DNA of 64,000 nucleotides from a virus: IMG/VR virus record IMGVR_UViG_3300026521_000463, positions 1 through 64,000 of that record. The stretch is one strand, 5' to 3'. This document shows positions 19,134-28,921 of the stretch, one piece after another (the stretch's first letter is position 1; each line of letters opens with the position of its first letter). The translations under genes and the position numbers were made by a program. Under the pieces are notes generated by a model. It made no database searches. It had not been told where the DNA came from and was given only the letters and a program-made list of their open reading frames with translations.

Positions 19134-19196
19134 CTTTGTTCCTTTTTGTTTTATTTCTTACATTATAATTATAACAAAAAAGGAAAAAGAAGTCAA
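19131..19196 (-). promoter_or_regulatory. class I promoter cassette
   Basis: TTGACT-N17-TATAAT ... AAAAAGGAACAAAGATG. Confidence 0.88.
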
Positions 19197-19206
19197 TAGT
19201 TTTTTA

Positions 19207-20178
19207 TTATTTTATATAACTTTTAACTCTTTTGAAGTATAAATCTTTATCATACTTTTTCCATTTTACAAACTCATATCTATCTAAAATACTTTTAAGT
19301 CTATCTGGGTCTGATTTTCTCATTGAACTATAAGACCAATTTCTTTTTTCAAGTGTATTTCTTGTATAAATGAAACCATTTTCAAACTTCGCTTCAAGTC
19401 CTATAAACATTTCTGGAAATCTTGGATAAAACTCATTAAAATCTTTTATAGTGTTACCTTTTTCATCAAATGCTTTAAATGTAAAATCTCTATTTGTCCT
19501 ATAACCTTTTTTCTGAGATATAAAACCTTTAACGACTTCACCTTTATCTTTGTCATAAAATTTCACTAATTCAACTTCTCCAGGATTATAAGAACTATCA
19601 AACAAAAATTCTGTGTAAAATCTACTTATTTTTTCTTCAGAAATAGATTCATTTAACTCTTTACTAATATCTTTTGCACTTGAAACGATTTTAAAAAATA
19701 AATAATCTAAATCATTGTCATAGTTTCCAAATAGTCTAACTTTTTTACCTTTTTTATCCTTTAAAAATCCTAAAAAATAATACTCGGCACCACACTTAAA
19801 TTGATATTTTCTTCCTCTTTTTTCATAAGTTATATCTTTAAGACTCATTTTACTCTCAACCATAGAACCATATTTTCTAATCCATTTTTCATAATCTTCT
19901 TTTGAGTAAAGTTTTCTATCTTGTCCGATTATCCATTCACCTTTAAGTTTTAATCCTTCTATTTCAGCATTATAAGTTCTTAGAAGATATAATAAAGTGA
20001 ATACATTACAACCACTTATCTTTTGCTTCAATTTTTCACTATAATAAGTTATATCTGAATTTGAGTTATAACTCTCAGGTAAAATTTCCCAATCGTCAGA
20101 TAAAGCAGGTGTTATCTTTTTCTTTCTACTTGTAAATTCCTTAAAAAGTTTTGGATTTATTTGACAATACATTTTCAC
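19207..20178 (-). CDS. hypothetical protein
   Basis: 323-aa ORF. Confidence 0.75.
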   Translation of the reverse strand: MKMYCQINPKLFKEFTSRKKKITPALSDDWEILPESYNSNSDITYYSEKLKQKISGCNVFTLLYLLRTYNAEIEGLKLKGEWIIGQDRKLYSKEDYEKWIRKYGSMVESKMSLKDITYEKRGRKYQFKCGAEYYFLGFLKDKKGKKVRLFGNYDNDLDYLFFKIVSSAKDISKELNESISEEKISRFYTEFLFDSSYNPGEVELVKFYDKDKGEVVKGFISQKKGYRTNRDFTFKAFDEKGNTIKDFNEFYPRFPEMFIGLEAKFENGFIYTRNTLEKRNWSYSSMRKSDPDRLKSILDRYEFVKWKKYDKDLYFKRVKSYIK

Positions 20179-20180
20179 TC

Positions 20181-20324
20181 CTATTTATATAATCTTTTTT
20201 CTATCTTTTTACCTAATTTAACTTTTGATTTGTTACCAAAATAGATTAACTCATTCATTTTGTTTGTTAGCATATCGTAATAATTACTTGCTCTTGTAAC
20301 TTTTAAAATTTCTAATTTATTCAT
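20181..20324 (-). CDS. small hypothetical protein (47 aa)
   Basis: hand translation MNKLEILKVTRAS...; fills gap. Confidence 0.45.
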   Translation of the reverse strand: MNKLEILKVTRASNYYDMLTNKMNELIYFGNKSKVKLGKKIEKRLYK

Positions 20325-20335
20325 TTTTAAACTCA

Positions 20336-20797
20336 TTAGCACTCCTTAACTATTTTTAGGAAATCCTTTTCAATATCTTCTTGGATGTCTTTAATAACAT
20401 CTCCATCAATGTAGTCATATAAAGTGCTTGCTAATTTTTCAACTAATTCAACTTTATCTTTGCCAATTTTTTCAACTTCTTTATCATATTCTAATTGATA
20501 AATTCTTCTATAATGACTTCTCGCTTCATCATATCTTTTTAAATCATCATTATATCCTGCTTCATCAAATCTTTCATCTACTTTATATAAATCTATAAGT
20601 TGCCTTGTTTTGAGGTCATAACCTTTATATTTACTTTTCATAACTTCATTATCTGCTGTTATAAAATTCGGAAAATCACACTTGATAAATGTATGATTTT
20701 CTTTTGAAGGTCTCACTCTTTCAAACTCTCCGATTCTGCTCACTACAATCTTATCAATAAAATCTAAAATCATTTTTGCTCCTTTTATATCATCCAA
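20336..20797 (-). CDS. hypothetical protein
   Basis: ORF track; true start probably MILDF behind AGGAG. Confidence 0.65.
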   Translation of the reverse strand: MDDIKGAKMILDFIDKIVVSRIGEFERVRPSKENHTFIKCDFPNFITADNEVMKSKYKGYDLKTRQLIDLYKVDERFDEAGYNDDLKRYDEARSHYRRIYQLEYDKEVEKIGKDKVELVEKLASTLYDYIDGDVIKDIQEDIEKDFLKIVKEC

Positions 20798-20937
20798 CTT
20801 GTATTAACAATCTCATCTGTTTTTGAGTTGTCTTTTTTAAACTTTTTTCTATCTTCATCTGTAATTTTCATATCTTTCGGTAACTTGATACCTGCTGATT
20901 TTGTTAAAAGTTTTCCTATAAGTTCTAATAATTTCAT
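20785..20937 (-). CDS. small hypothetical protein (50 aa)
   Basis: hand translation MKLLELIGKLLTKSAG...; RBS AGGCGG. Confidence 0.45.
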   Translation of the reverse strand: MKLLELIGKLLTKSAGIKLPKDMKITDEDRKKFKKDNSKTDEIVNTSWMI

Positions 20938-20946
20938 ATTTCCGCC

Positions 20947-21180
20947 TTAAATTTTAAAACATTTTGTTATTTTTAATGAAGGAACGCCATAGCAATATTC
21001 TATAAAACATTCTTTATTATAATGTTCTTTAATTATATTTTTTGCTTTCGTAATCTCTTCTTCAATTTGTTTGTCTGTCATTTTTGTATAAACGGAAAAA
21101 TTATATTTTTCCTCAAAATACTTTTTGAACTCTTCAATATATTCCTCAGGTGTTTCAGGTAAATTTGTGCTTATATTCAT
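20947..21180 (-). CDS. hypothetical protein
   Basis: ORF with RBS. Confidence 0.6.
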   Translation of the reverse strand: MNISTNLPETPEEYIEEFKKYFEEKYNFSVYTKMTDKQIEEEITKAKNIIKEHYNKECFIEYCYGVPSLKITKCFKI

Positions 21181-21207
21181 TTTATCCCTTTTATTGTCTT
21201 TTATGAC

Positions 21208-21438
21208 TTAAAAGACTTTTGTTAAAAGCATCATAAACATTGAAACCATATTAAACATATAAGTTTCATTACAAAAAGTCGGATTTGTATATTGTCTATA
21301 AAGTTTTTCAACTTCACTTTTTCTAATTTTAATGTTCGCAACTCTTTCTGATTGTTCTATTTCAGCATCTCTTAAAAATGTTTTTGAATTTACTTTTTTT
21401 AAATTAAGTTTTGTTTCTGAGTTATATAAAAATTTCAT
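21208..21438 (-). CDS. hypothetical protein
   Basis: starts at AAGGAAATCACATG. Confidence 0.65.
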   Translation of the reverse strand: MKFLYNSETKLNLKKVNSKTFLRDAEIEQSERVANIKIRKSEVEKLYRQYTNPTFCNETYMFNMVSMFMMLLTKVF

Positions 21439-21466
21439 GTGATTTCCTTTTATTTTAATTTTGAAA

Positions 21467-22045
21467 TTAAAGTGCTGTTCTAAGCACTTTATTTGTTTTT
21501 TTAAGTGTTTCTCTCAATTCTTTAACATCTAAAATAACTTCATTTTCTTTTAGATAGTTGAATAAAACTTCAATAACACTATCAACCATTTTATCATCTC
21601 TATAAGATAATTTTTCTTTTAATTTAGGTAACATTGAAGTTGTTACTCTAACAGGTTTATAAGTTGTTATTCTTTTTTCAAATCCATCTGTTCCCCAAGC
21701 AATTTCTGATAAGTATTCTACTGCTATATTCAAGTCATAACAATTTTTTTCAACTAATAAGTCAGCGAATGCGACAAAACCTGTCATTCTCGCTCCGATA
21801 TATTTTAATAACTCTCTGTTATCAACATTATAAGGATTATTTATTAACTCTCTAACTTGCCATTGAGGTCCTTCAAGACCATTTTTGTCATCTAATACAA
21901 CTTTTCCCATAAGTTGCCAACCTTTGTTTCTGCTATTTTCCCAAAAACCATCACTAAATTGTCCGAATAATTCATAATCTAAAATACTTTTTACTCTTTT
22001 GTCGTCAGTATGAATTGTAGTTTTTTGTTTTTCAAATCTTCTCAT
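21467..22045 (-). CDS. hypothetical protein
   Basis: start corrected from 22120 to cassette ATG (MRRFEKQK); GQFSDGFWENSR core. Confidence 0.75.
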   Translation of the reverse strand: MRRFEKQKTTIHTDDKRVKSILDYELFGQFSDGFWENSRNKGWQLMGKVVLDDKNGLEGPQWQVRELINNPYNVDNRELLKYIGARMTGFVAFADLLVEKNCYDLNIAVEYLSEIAWGTDGFEKRITTYKPVRVTTSMLPKLKEKLSYRDDKMVDSVIEVLFNYLKENEVILDVKELRETLKKTNKVLRTAL

Positions 22046-22110
22046 GTGAATCCTTTTTGTTTTATTTCTTTTTACATTATAATTATAACAATAAAATTTT
22101 AAAAAGTCAA
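22043..22110 (-). promoter_or_regulatory. class I promoter + RBS cassette
   Basis: TTGACT-N17-TATAAT ... GGATTCACATG. Confidence 0.9.
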
Positions 22111-22171
22111 GTAAATTCAAAAAATTTTTTAAAATTTACCTGAAATTTAAACTTAAATTAACCTTAAACTT

Positions 22172-22630
22172 TTATAGACATTTTAAGAAATTTTTAAGTT
22201 TAGTTCTGTCTTCAATTGAAATGTTTAGAAAATTTCTAATGTATTCGTCAATGTGTTTTTCAAGTTTTAACAGGTTTTCAATTTCATTAAAATACTTTTT
22301 ATGCTTTTTGAATAATACTTCAAAATCTTTTTCAACTTTATAAAATGGTCTTTTAATTTTATTTCTTCTTAAATAGTTGATTATTTTGCTTTCAAGTGAT
22401 GAAATATCTCTATGAAGATAATCTAAAACCTTACAGGTATCAAAATTTTGCTTTTGATATGAAACTTTTACTCTTCTAAGAAGTGTTTTGATAATAAATA
22501 ACATTTCAAGTGCTTTTATTTTATTTTTAACATCTTTGCTCTTTTCAAGATTTTTTATTTTTTGGATAGAAAGATTATATTCTATCGCTTTTAACTTGCT
22601 GAGCAATTTATAATTTACTTTGAAGTCCAT
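22172..22630 (-). CDS. hypothetical protein, paralogue of 9637..9963
   Basis: shared motifs; AGGAG RBS. Confidence 0.7.
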   Translation of the reverse strand: MDFKVNYKLLSKLKAIEYNLSIQKIKNLEKSKDVKNKIKALEMLFIIKTLLRRVKVSYQKQNFDTCKVLDYLHRDISSLESKIINYLRRNKIKRPFYKVEKDFEVLFKKHKKYFNEIENLLKLEKHIDEYIRNFLNISIEDRTKLKNFLKCL

Positions 22631-22732
22631 CTTTTCTCCTTTAACCCACTGGGTAAGAAATATATTCTTTTTGATTATAATTATACAAAAAAATTCTTTA
22701 GAAATCTTTTCTTAAAAACATATCTTATCTGC

Positions 22733-22969
22733 CTAGATTGATTTTATTTCAATTTTAAACATTTTGATAAAATCTCTAAAAGATTTCTTCTTAAATTCTT
22801 CTGTTCCGATAAAACCTTTTTTGAGATAATGATTGAATGTTTCTTTAACCAATAATTTTTTTGCAATTCTTTTTGCTTTATTGAGATTTTTTGCTCTTAT
22901 TGTAATTGACACATCTTCAACCAAATCATAAAAACGATGAGATTTGTCCCAAGTGATTGTAAAAGTCAT
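22733..22969 (-). CDS. hypothetical protein
   Basis: ORF track. Confidence 0.6.
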   Translation of the reverse strand: MTFTITWDKSHRFYDLVEDVSITIRAKNLNKAKRIAKKLLVKETFNHYLKKGFIGTEEFKKKSFRDFIKMFKIEIKSI

Positions 22970-22971
22970 TT

Positions 22972-23253
22972 TTACTTCTTTGGATTTTTAACTATAATGC
23001 TAAAATCACAACCTGCGCCACCTAAACCAGCATATTCAATATCAAATGCATGAAAAACTTCATCAAATAATTCATTCATTGCTTTCTCGTCAAGAGTAAT
23101 TTTTTGAGGTTCTATTTCAATCCATTCATTTTTACCATCCGTTTGGATTTTATTGAATATATGATAATAGTTTAAAAACTTTTGAATTGCTTCAAATCCA
23201 TTAAATAACCCATAATCTTTTAAGTATAATGTCTCGTGTATAATTGCTTTCAT
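22972..23253 (-). CDS. hypothetical protein
   Basis: starts at AAGGATTTCACATG. Confidence 0.65.
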   Translation of the reverse strand: MKAIIHETLYLKDYGLFNGFEAIQKFLNYYHIFNKIQTDGKNEWIEIEPQKITLDEKAMNELFDEVFHAFDIEYAGLGGAGCDFSIIVKNPKK

Positions 23254-23296
23254 GTGAAATCCTTTTTATTTTTTATAATTCAAAAAGAGTTATTTG

Positions 23297-23506
23297 TTAA
23301 GATAACTCTTTAAATTCAACGATTTTGTTATCTTCAATTATCGCTCTATAAACTCTATTGTGGTCTATTAAAAAAGCAGTATTGTCGTCAGGTCTTACAA
23401 AAACTGTTTCTTTTGAAGTCATTCCACTTGATAAAGTATATCCCCTATCGATGTAATTTTTCATCATATCTTTTTTAATGTCCATTTCATTTATATTTTT
23501 TGTCAT
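23297..23506 (-). CDS. hypothetical protein
   Basis: behind class I promoter, AGGAG RBS. Confidence 0.65.
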   Translation of the reverse strand: MTKNINEMDIKKDMMKNYIDRGYTLSSGMTSKETVFVRPDDNTAFLIDHNRVYRAIIEDNKIVEFKELS

Positions 23507-23563
23507 TTTCGTCTCCTTTTTATTTTATATTATAATTATAACAAAAGAAAAAAGATTTGTCAA
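23504..23563 (-). promoter_or_regulatory. class I promoter
   Basis: TTGACA-N17-TATAATTATAAT. Confidence 0.85.
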
Positions 23564-23599
23564 GAAGTTTTGTAAATTTTTTTGTAGATTTTTAATGAT

Positions 23600-23800
23600 T
23601 TATCTGTAGATTTTTATTCCGTAGTAGTGTTTTGAAGTAGTATTTATCTCACTTCCTATAAATTTACCACTTCCAACAGATTGTGGAGTGAAGTGAAAAC
23701 AAGTTTTAGCAGTTGAACCTTCAAGGAGAAGTCTTGAATTATCACAATAAAGTCTTTCTGAAGCAGACAAAAAAGTAAAAAGAAATAAAATTAAAACCAC
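23600..23800 (-). CDS. small exported protein
   Basis: signal-peptide-like N-terminus, Cys pair. Confidence 0.5.
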   Translation of the reverse strand: MVLILFLFTFLSASERLYCDNSRLLLEGSTAKTCFHFTPQSVGSGKFIGSEINTTSKHYYGIKIYR

Positions 23801-24318
23801 GATGAATTCCCATTATCTGAATCATCAGAGCCAGAAGTATCTTTTTTTCTTATTAAAATGTATATATTACTTTTTTCTTTTATCATTTTCTTATTTTCAA
23901 CTGCTTCCAATTGAATTATGAAACCTCTATTTTGTCCTGTGTTACCATCCGATTTTATTTCAATATCAAGTGTCGCACCTGTATCACCTGATTTTATAGT
24001 AATGTTTTTATCTAACTTTGTATAGTCAATTCCGTCTTCAGCAGATAAAGAAAATGTTTTACAATTTATAGTAATATCATCTGGCAACTTTTTTGAGATG
24101 TTTATGTCTATTGTTATATTTGTATCTTCGTCAGGGGTGTCCGTTTTGACTTGACTTGCAATGATTGAAGAACGGTCAGTAGAAATGAAGTATGAAGTCA
24201 TCGTGCCTGGTATTTCAAGATTCCCTTTATCATCAAGGTTGAGGGTGGTATAACCATCATACTCAACCCTGTATCCAAACAATAAAGTAAAATGAAGTAT
24301 AAGATATAAAAATTTCAT
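23791..24318 (-). CDS. exported Calx-beta-domain protein
   Basis: signal peptide; SAEDGIDY...ITIKSGDTGATLDIEIKSD...FIIQL matches Calx-beta. Confidence 0.7.
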   Translation of the reverse strand: MKFLYLILHFTLLFGYRVEYDGYTTLNLDDKGNLEIPGTMTSYFISTDRSSIIASQVKTDTPDEDTNITIDINISKKLPDDITINCKTFSLSAEDGIDYTKLDKNITIKSGDTGATLDIEIKSDGNTGQNRGFIIQLEAVENKKMIKEKSNIYILIRKKDTSGSDDSDNGNSSWF

Positions 24319-24320
24319 TT

Positions 24321-24776
24321 TTACTCCTTTGTCAAATAATGTTCTTTATAGTAATTAACAATTTTTGAAAAAATTGCCATATTAGGTGTATATCTATCAT
24401 TTTGTAATATAGAACAATTTTTAATAAATTCCTCCATTTTACAATTTGATTTTTCTATACACTTGATATAAGTTATTGCCATTGCTACAGCAGCACTTCT
24501 GCTCTCTCCTGCATCACAATGGATTATAAGATTATCTTTTTTTGAAAATTCTATAATTTTTTTAATAGTTATATCATCAATATCATCTTGGAAATATATT
24601 TTTATATAACTATTAAATTTTTTATAATCTTCATCTGTAATTAAATCATCGTCTGAAATTGAAATAAGATTATATTTAGATGTATCTTTACCAAAAATAA
24701 GTAAAGACATAACTTCAAATTTTGAAATTATTGCTATTATATATTCATTAGATGAAGTATTAAAAAGTTTTAGCAT
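24321..24776 (-). CDS. protein-tyrosine/dual-specificity phosphatase-like protein
   Basis: IHCDAGESRSAA (CX5R), PN motif. Confidence 0.88.
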   Translation of the reverse strand: MLKLFNTSSNEYIIAIISKFEVMSLLIFGKDTSKYNLISISDDDLITDEDYKKFNSYIKIYFQDDIDDITIKKIIEFSKKDNLIIHCDAGESRSAAVAMAITYIKCIEKSNCKMEEFIKNCSILQNDRYTPNMAIFSKIVNYYKEHYLTKE

Positions 24777-24802
24777 TTTTTATCCTTAGGTTTTATAGTT
24801 AT

Positions 24803-25381
24803 TTAACCCTTCCCTATTTTATACTTCTTTTTTTCATTTATACAAATAATCCCATCAATAGGAATATCTATATCAACTTTATAATAAGTATTTTTCCCTT
24901 TTAAGTTGTAATCACTTTTGATTTTTATTTGTGGATAAGTGTCATTCTCTATTCCTAATTCTTTTAATAAATTATCAAAAATTACCTTTGCCCCGTCTAT
25001 TGAATTGTCGTCAATGGTATTATCAGGTTTAGGTGTTCCTGCAAGCATATAATCCATCATAGCATTCATCAATTCTATTGAAACTAAAATTTCTACTTTT
25101 TTTATTTTTAGAGCATAATAGCAATTATATTTATGAATTTTTTCATCAATTCTATAATAATTTATATCTCCTGCTCCACACATATTTTTAAAAATATCAT
25201 ATAATCTTCTAATGATATTATGAGGTGTTAAAAGTGTTTTCTCTTTTTTTGCTTTCAAATCATCTTCTTCAACTACTTCTAAAAGTGCATTTATTTCCTC
25301 ATCTGAAAGGATTCTTTTAGATAAATCTTTTGGTATAGTGTAATCTGTCTCGTCAAAATGCTCATTAAAATAATCTACCAT
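24803..25381 (-). CDS. FliM/FliY-like protein (CheY-binding peptide + CheC-like segment)
   Basis: ILSDEEINALLEVVEED resembles FliM ILSQEEIDALLEVV; NAMMDYMLAG resembles the D.MLGG motif. Confidence 0.6.
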   Translation of the reverse strand: MVDYFNEHFDETDYTIPKDLSKRILSDEEINALLEVVEEDDLKAKKEKTLLTPHNIIRRLYDIFKNMCGAGDINYYRIDEKIHKYNCYYALKIKKVEILVSIELMNAMMDYMLAGTPKPDNTIDDNSIDGAKVIFDNLLKELGIENDTYPQIKIKSDYNLKGKNTYYKVDIDIPIDGIICINEKKKYKIGKG

Positions 25382-25698
25382 TTTATACCTTTAATTAAGT
25401 TTTCTCTAAACTTATATTTTATTTCATCTTTTCTTCTGTGATGTTTATTTTTGCCTTCAAGTTTTTGAACTTTTATCATTCTATTATATTCAATTTTTGA
25501 TTGCCCTATATTAAGTAACTTCCAAACTTCGTATCTCGTCATTACAGATTTTTTCAAGTTTCTTCTATAACTCCTAAAAGAGTGTAAATCATCAAAAAAT
25601 GATGATTTAGAAATCCTTAGAACTGATAAATTTCTCCACTCTTTAAAATTCCATTCTAGAAAACTCATTTTATTTCTCGTCATAAATTGAAGTGTCAA
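25375..25698 (-). CDS. basic hypothetical protein
   Basis: ORF track. Confidence 0.55.
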   Translation of the reverse strand: MTLQFMTRNKMSFLEWNFKEWRNLSVLRISKSSFFDDLHSFRSYRRNLKKSVMTRYEVWKLLNIGQSKIEYNRMIKVQKLEGKNKHHRRKDEIKYKFRENLIKGIKW

Positions 25699-26368
25699 TC
25701 ACATCTTCAACTTTTATTTCTTCATCTGTGTGATAGAATTCCCATTCAATTCTTTCATTTTCAAGTAATTCAAAATAAACAGAATTGAAGTCATCTTTGC
25801 AGCAATGTATGCTGTTATGTGATAAACCTCTGCTAAAATCGTGATAAACTTTTATTTTATCAATTAAAATATGCTTTTTGATAACTTCAAGGATATTAAC
25901 ACTTGCCTTGGTATCTCCGCTTATTAAAAAGTTACCAAAAAATGAATATAACCCATAACAATTAAAAGGACCGTGATTGACTCCAATAGCAGTCATTCTC
26001 AACTCTGTTTCATTCATTGTCTTAAACTCAACCATCTCAACAGGAACATTCTGCCCATTCACATAAATTGAATTAAATTTACCTTTAAAAATATCTTTTA
26101 ATTCTTCAATAACTTTACTTCCAGAGATTACAATTGTTTTTAAACCTCTAACAAAATATCTGAAATAGATAAGTCTTTCAAGGTCTGAGATGTGGTCTAA
26201 ATGGGTATGACTTATGAAAATATAATCTATATCTTCATCTTTAACCTTTTGAAAAATGCCGTGCCCGCAATCAAATAAGATAGTTTCACGACCTTCAATT
26301 AAAAAAGCACTTGACACTTCACTAAAAGCACCACCATTTCCTAATTTTGTTATTTTAGTTTTCATCAT
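25670..26368 (-). CDS. metallo-beta-lactamase-fold hydrolase (RNase Z-like)
   Basis: LGNGGAF, FDCG, SHTHLDH, H, SGDT motifs. Confidence 0.88.
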   Translation of the reverse strand: MMKTKITKLGNGGAFSEVSSAFLIEGRETILFDCGHGIFQKVKDEDIDYIFISHTHLDHISDLERLIYFRYFVRGLKTIVISGSKVIEELKDIFKGKFNSIYVNGQNVPVEMVEFKTMNETELRMTAIGVNHGPFNCYGLYSFFGNFLISGDTKASVNILEVIKKHILIDKIKVYHDFSRGLSHNSIHCCKDDFNSVYFELLENERIEWEFYHTDEEIKVEDVIDTSIYDEK

Positions 26369-26594
26369 TCTCTTCTTTATAGTTGTATTCTTTAAGATTT
26401 ACAAAAAGTAGTGTTTTGTCACTGAAATCCACTTGTCCTGCATCAATGTCTTCAATTGTTTTTTCTTTTGTATTTACTTTGCTGATAATACAAAATACCT
26501 TTATCCCAAAATTAACTTGTGTCTGAGGTTTTGCTACAATAATTTCATTAACTTCTGGTCTATCTAAAACTATACCTAAATCTTTTAATACCAT
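26355..26594 (-). CDS. hypothetical protein
   Basis: ORF with AGGAG RBS. Confidence 0.6.
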   Translation of the reverse strand: MVLKDLGIVLDRPEVNEIIVAKPQTQVNFGIKVFCIISKVNTKEKTIEDIDAGQVDFSDKTLLFVNLKEYNYKEENDEN

Positions 26595-26605
26595 TTTAAC
26601 TCCTT

Positions 26606-28438
26606 TTAAGAAACAAGTTCTAAAAGTAATCCCATCTCTGGGTTTCTTAAATCTAAGATTCTTGTTTCTTCATCTTTCTCAATTTCTTCAAGTTCTAAAT
26701 CGTTGATATATAAGTAAGAGTTAAGTTGTCTTCTTAACATATCTTCAATTCCTGACGGGTCTCTGTCTGAAACTTGCCCTGCTTTGTTACTTGCTAAGAA
26801 ATAAAATGTATCATTATCAATAACCCCAATAGTTTCTTCTCTATCTTTAGGTTTAATATATGTCTCGAATATAATTTGACTTTTTTCTAACATTCTATTT
26901 TCAGCAACATATTCAGCATCACCTATGAAAAATTTATAATTTAATTCAGGGTGTGTTCCCGTGAATAGGTTTACCTTAACATTATACAGGTTTTTTGTAT
27001 TGAATTTTAACAATTCAGTTGCTCCATTTGGTCTTGGAGCATCTGTAATATCACCTGAATAAACCACACTATCACTTGCCCAATCTCTATTCCATCCAAT
27101 TTTAGCAACACTATTTGTAGCACTTAAATCTAAATCCACTCTATTTCTATGCGATTCTTCATCAAGGTCAAGGTTATACCAATGAATACCAACCACAGGA
27201 TTATTTACGATTTTAACTTTACTTCCAAAAGGAAAATTACCTACGAACTTTTTACCACTCTCAGGAAATGCTACTTTGATATTATCTTCAAGTCCTATTA
27301 TTTTGATATTGCTTTCTTTTAGTTTTTTATTTAACTTTTTAGAAAGTCTTTTAATAATAACTTTTCTAACCATTTCAAGATATTTATTGCTTACTTTTTT
27401 GTCATAAGTGTCTATAAATGTTTTGCCATTTCTCACTTGATATTGGATTAAATCACCTTTATCTGTTAAAAGTCTTGTATTTACTGCTCTATAAAGTTTT
27501 AAAATATAACTAATGTCCATATCTTTGATAATTGACTTGATTTCATTTTTTGAAAATTCTTTAGATGTAACCATTAAGTAATCTGCTGTTTTTACAGGTT
27601 TATGATGTTTTTTAGACATTCTTGAAATTTTGTTTATAATACTTCTATTATTTGGATTTTTCATCATTACAAAAATTTCTTTATATCTATTGAAAATCTC
27701 AGCAAAAGGTTTATATCCATATAATTCAATGTGATTTTTTAGGTCTTCTGTCAAGTCATATCTCGCAACTAACTCTTGGAATGCTCTATTTTTAACAAAT
27801 GGGATATGATATCTGTTAGCAATCATTCTAAAAAAATCTTCACCTTTTGCAGGAACTTTTGCTATATCTAATACAGAAATTTTTAAGTCTTTATTTCCTA
27901 TATTCCATTTTTGGATAGTATTATATTTTTCTTTAATACTTCCTTCAAGTTTTTCAGATAAAATTTCAGAAATTTCATATACTAAATCACTATCTAATGC
28001 GATATTTTGAGTAATAACTTGGAATAATTTTTCAAAAAATTCATCCTCACTCATCACATCAATTGTTTTAACTTCATATCCATCTAAGAATTCTACTACA
28101 CTCTCATCAAAATCTGTAGGTCTTGCACCTGTTAAGTAGTGAAAAATTTGATAAAAAATTCTTGTCCCTTCAACTTCACTTCTAATAACTTCATCCCATC
28201 TTTTGAAGAATGTTTCTCCTAATTCATTGTTTGAAATGTTATACATTGAAACTACATCAACTGCCGTATTTAAGCATTTGTTACTCATTTCTGAAAAATC
28301 AAAATAAACACCTTTAGCAAATAAATCCATAGCATATCTATTTAGTGTTCTTTCTTCTAAGTCATTTGTTCCACTATCTTTAACAACACTATTAAATAAT
28401 CTCATCGCCACTTTTTGTTTTAATAAGCAATTTTTCAT
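26606..28438 (-). CDS. large protein with C-terminal TerD-like domain
   Basis: VDLDLSA...IGW...YSGDITDAP..GATE. Confidence 0.65.
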   Translation of the reverse strand: MKNCLLKQKVAMRLFNSVVKDSGTNDLEERTLNRYAMDLFAKGVYFDFSEMSNKCLNTAVDVVSMYNISNNELGETFFKRWDEVIRSEVEGTRIFYQIFHYLTGARPTDFDESVVEFLDGYEVKTIDVMSEDEFFEKLFQVITQNIALDSDLVYEISEILSEKLEGSIKEKYNTIQKWNIGNKDLKISVLDIAKVPAKGEDFFRMIANRYHIPFVKNRAFQELVARYDLTEDLKNHIELYGYKPFAEIFNRYKEIFVMMKNPNNRSIINKISRMSKKHHKPVKTADYLMVTSKEFSKNEIKSIIKDMDISYILKLYRAVNTRLLTDKGDLIQYQVRNGKTFIDTYDKKVSNKYLEMVRKVIIKRLSKKLNKKLKESNIKIIGLEDNIKVAFPESGKKFVGNFPFGSKVKIVNNPVVGIHWYNLDLDEESHRNRVDLDLSATNSVAKIGWNRDWASDSVVYSGDITDAPRPNGATELLKFNTKNLYNVKVNLFTGTHPELNYKFFIGDAEYVAENRMLEKSQIIFETYIKPKDREETIGVIDNDTFYFLASNKAGQVSDRDPSGIEDMLRRQLNSYLYINDLELEEIEKDEETRILDLRNPEMGLLLELVS

Positions 28439-28505
28439 TCATTCTCCTTTTATTTATCATGTGATTTACATTTATAATTATAATAAAAAATTTTGAAAAA
28501 GTCAA
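28436..28505 (-). promoter_or_regulatory. class I promoter
   Basis: TTGACT...TATAATTATAAA; orphan ATCACATG at 28458-28465. Confidence 0.8.
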
Positions 28506-28513
28506 GGACTTTT

Positions 28514-28921
28514 TCATTTTTTCTTAAAAAAGTTTATAAGTTTTGAAGGTATTGCTTTAAAAGCATTATTTTTAGGTTTATCTTCAACACTTTTATCTTC
28601 ACTTACCTCAACTTTTTCTACTTTTTCTTTTGGTATTTCATAAAGTGCAACTTCTTTAATTGAATTTACTTTATTTTTAGTTGATTTGTCATCAAAAAAT
28701 CTCACATTAAACTTTTTAGTTACTTCATTCCATTCCTTATGAAGTTTTAAAATGTCTATATTTTCGTCTAACTCTTTCCATTTAATGCTTGAAAAAACGA
28801 ATTTTTGAGGTTCAATTTTTTGGAGTTTTTCTTTAAGATTATTTTTTTCAATATAATCTAATAATACACTTTCCTTGATGATTTTCTTTTTTTCTAACCA
28901 TCTTGTGAAAATTACTTCCAT
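28514..28921 (-). CDS. hypothetical protein
   Basis: ORF with RBS, upstream TTAAATA. Confidence 0.65.
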   Translation of the reverse strand: MEVIFTRWLEKKKIIKESVLLDYIEKNNLKEKLQKIEPQKFVFSSIKWKELDENIDILKLHKEWNEVTKKFNVRFFDDKSTKNKVNSIKEVALYEIPKEKVEKVEVSEDKSVEDKPKNNAFKAIPSKLINFFKKK

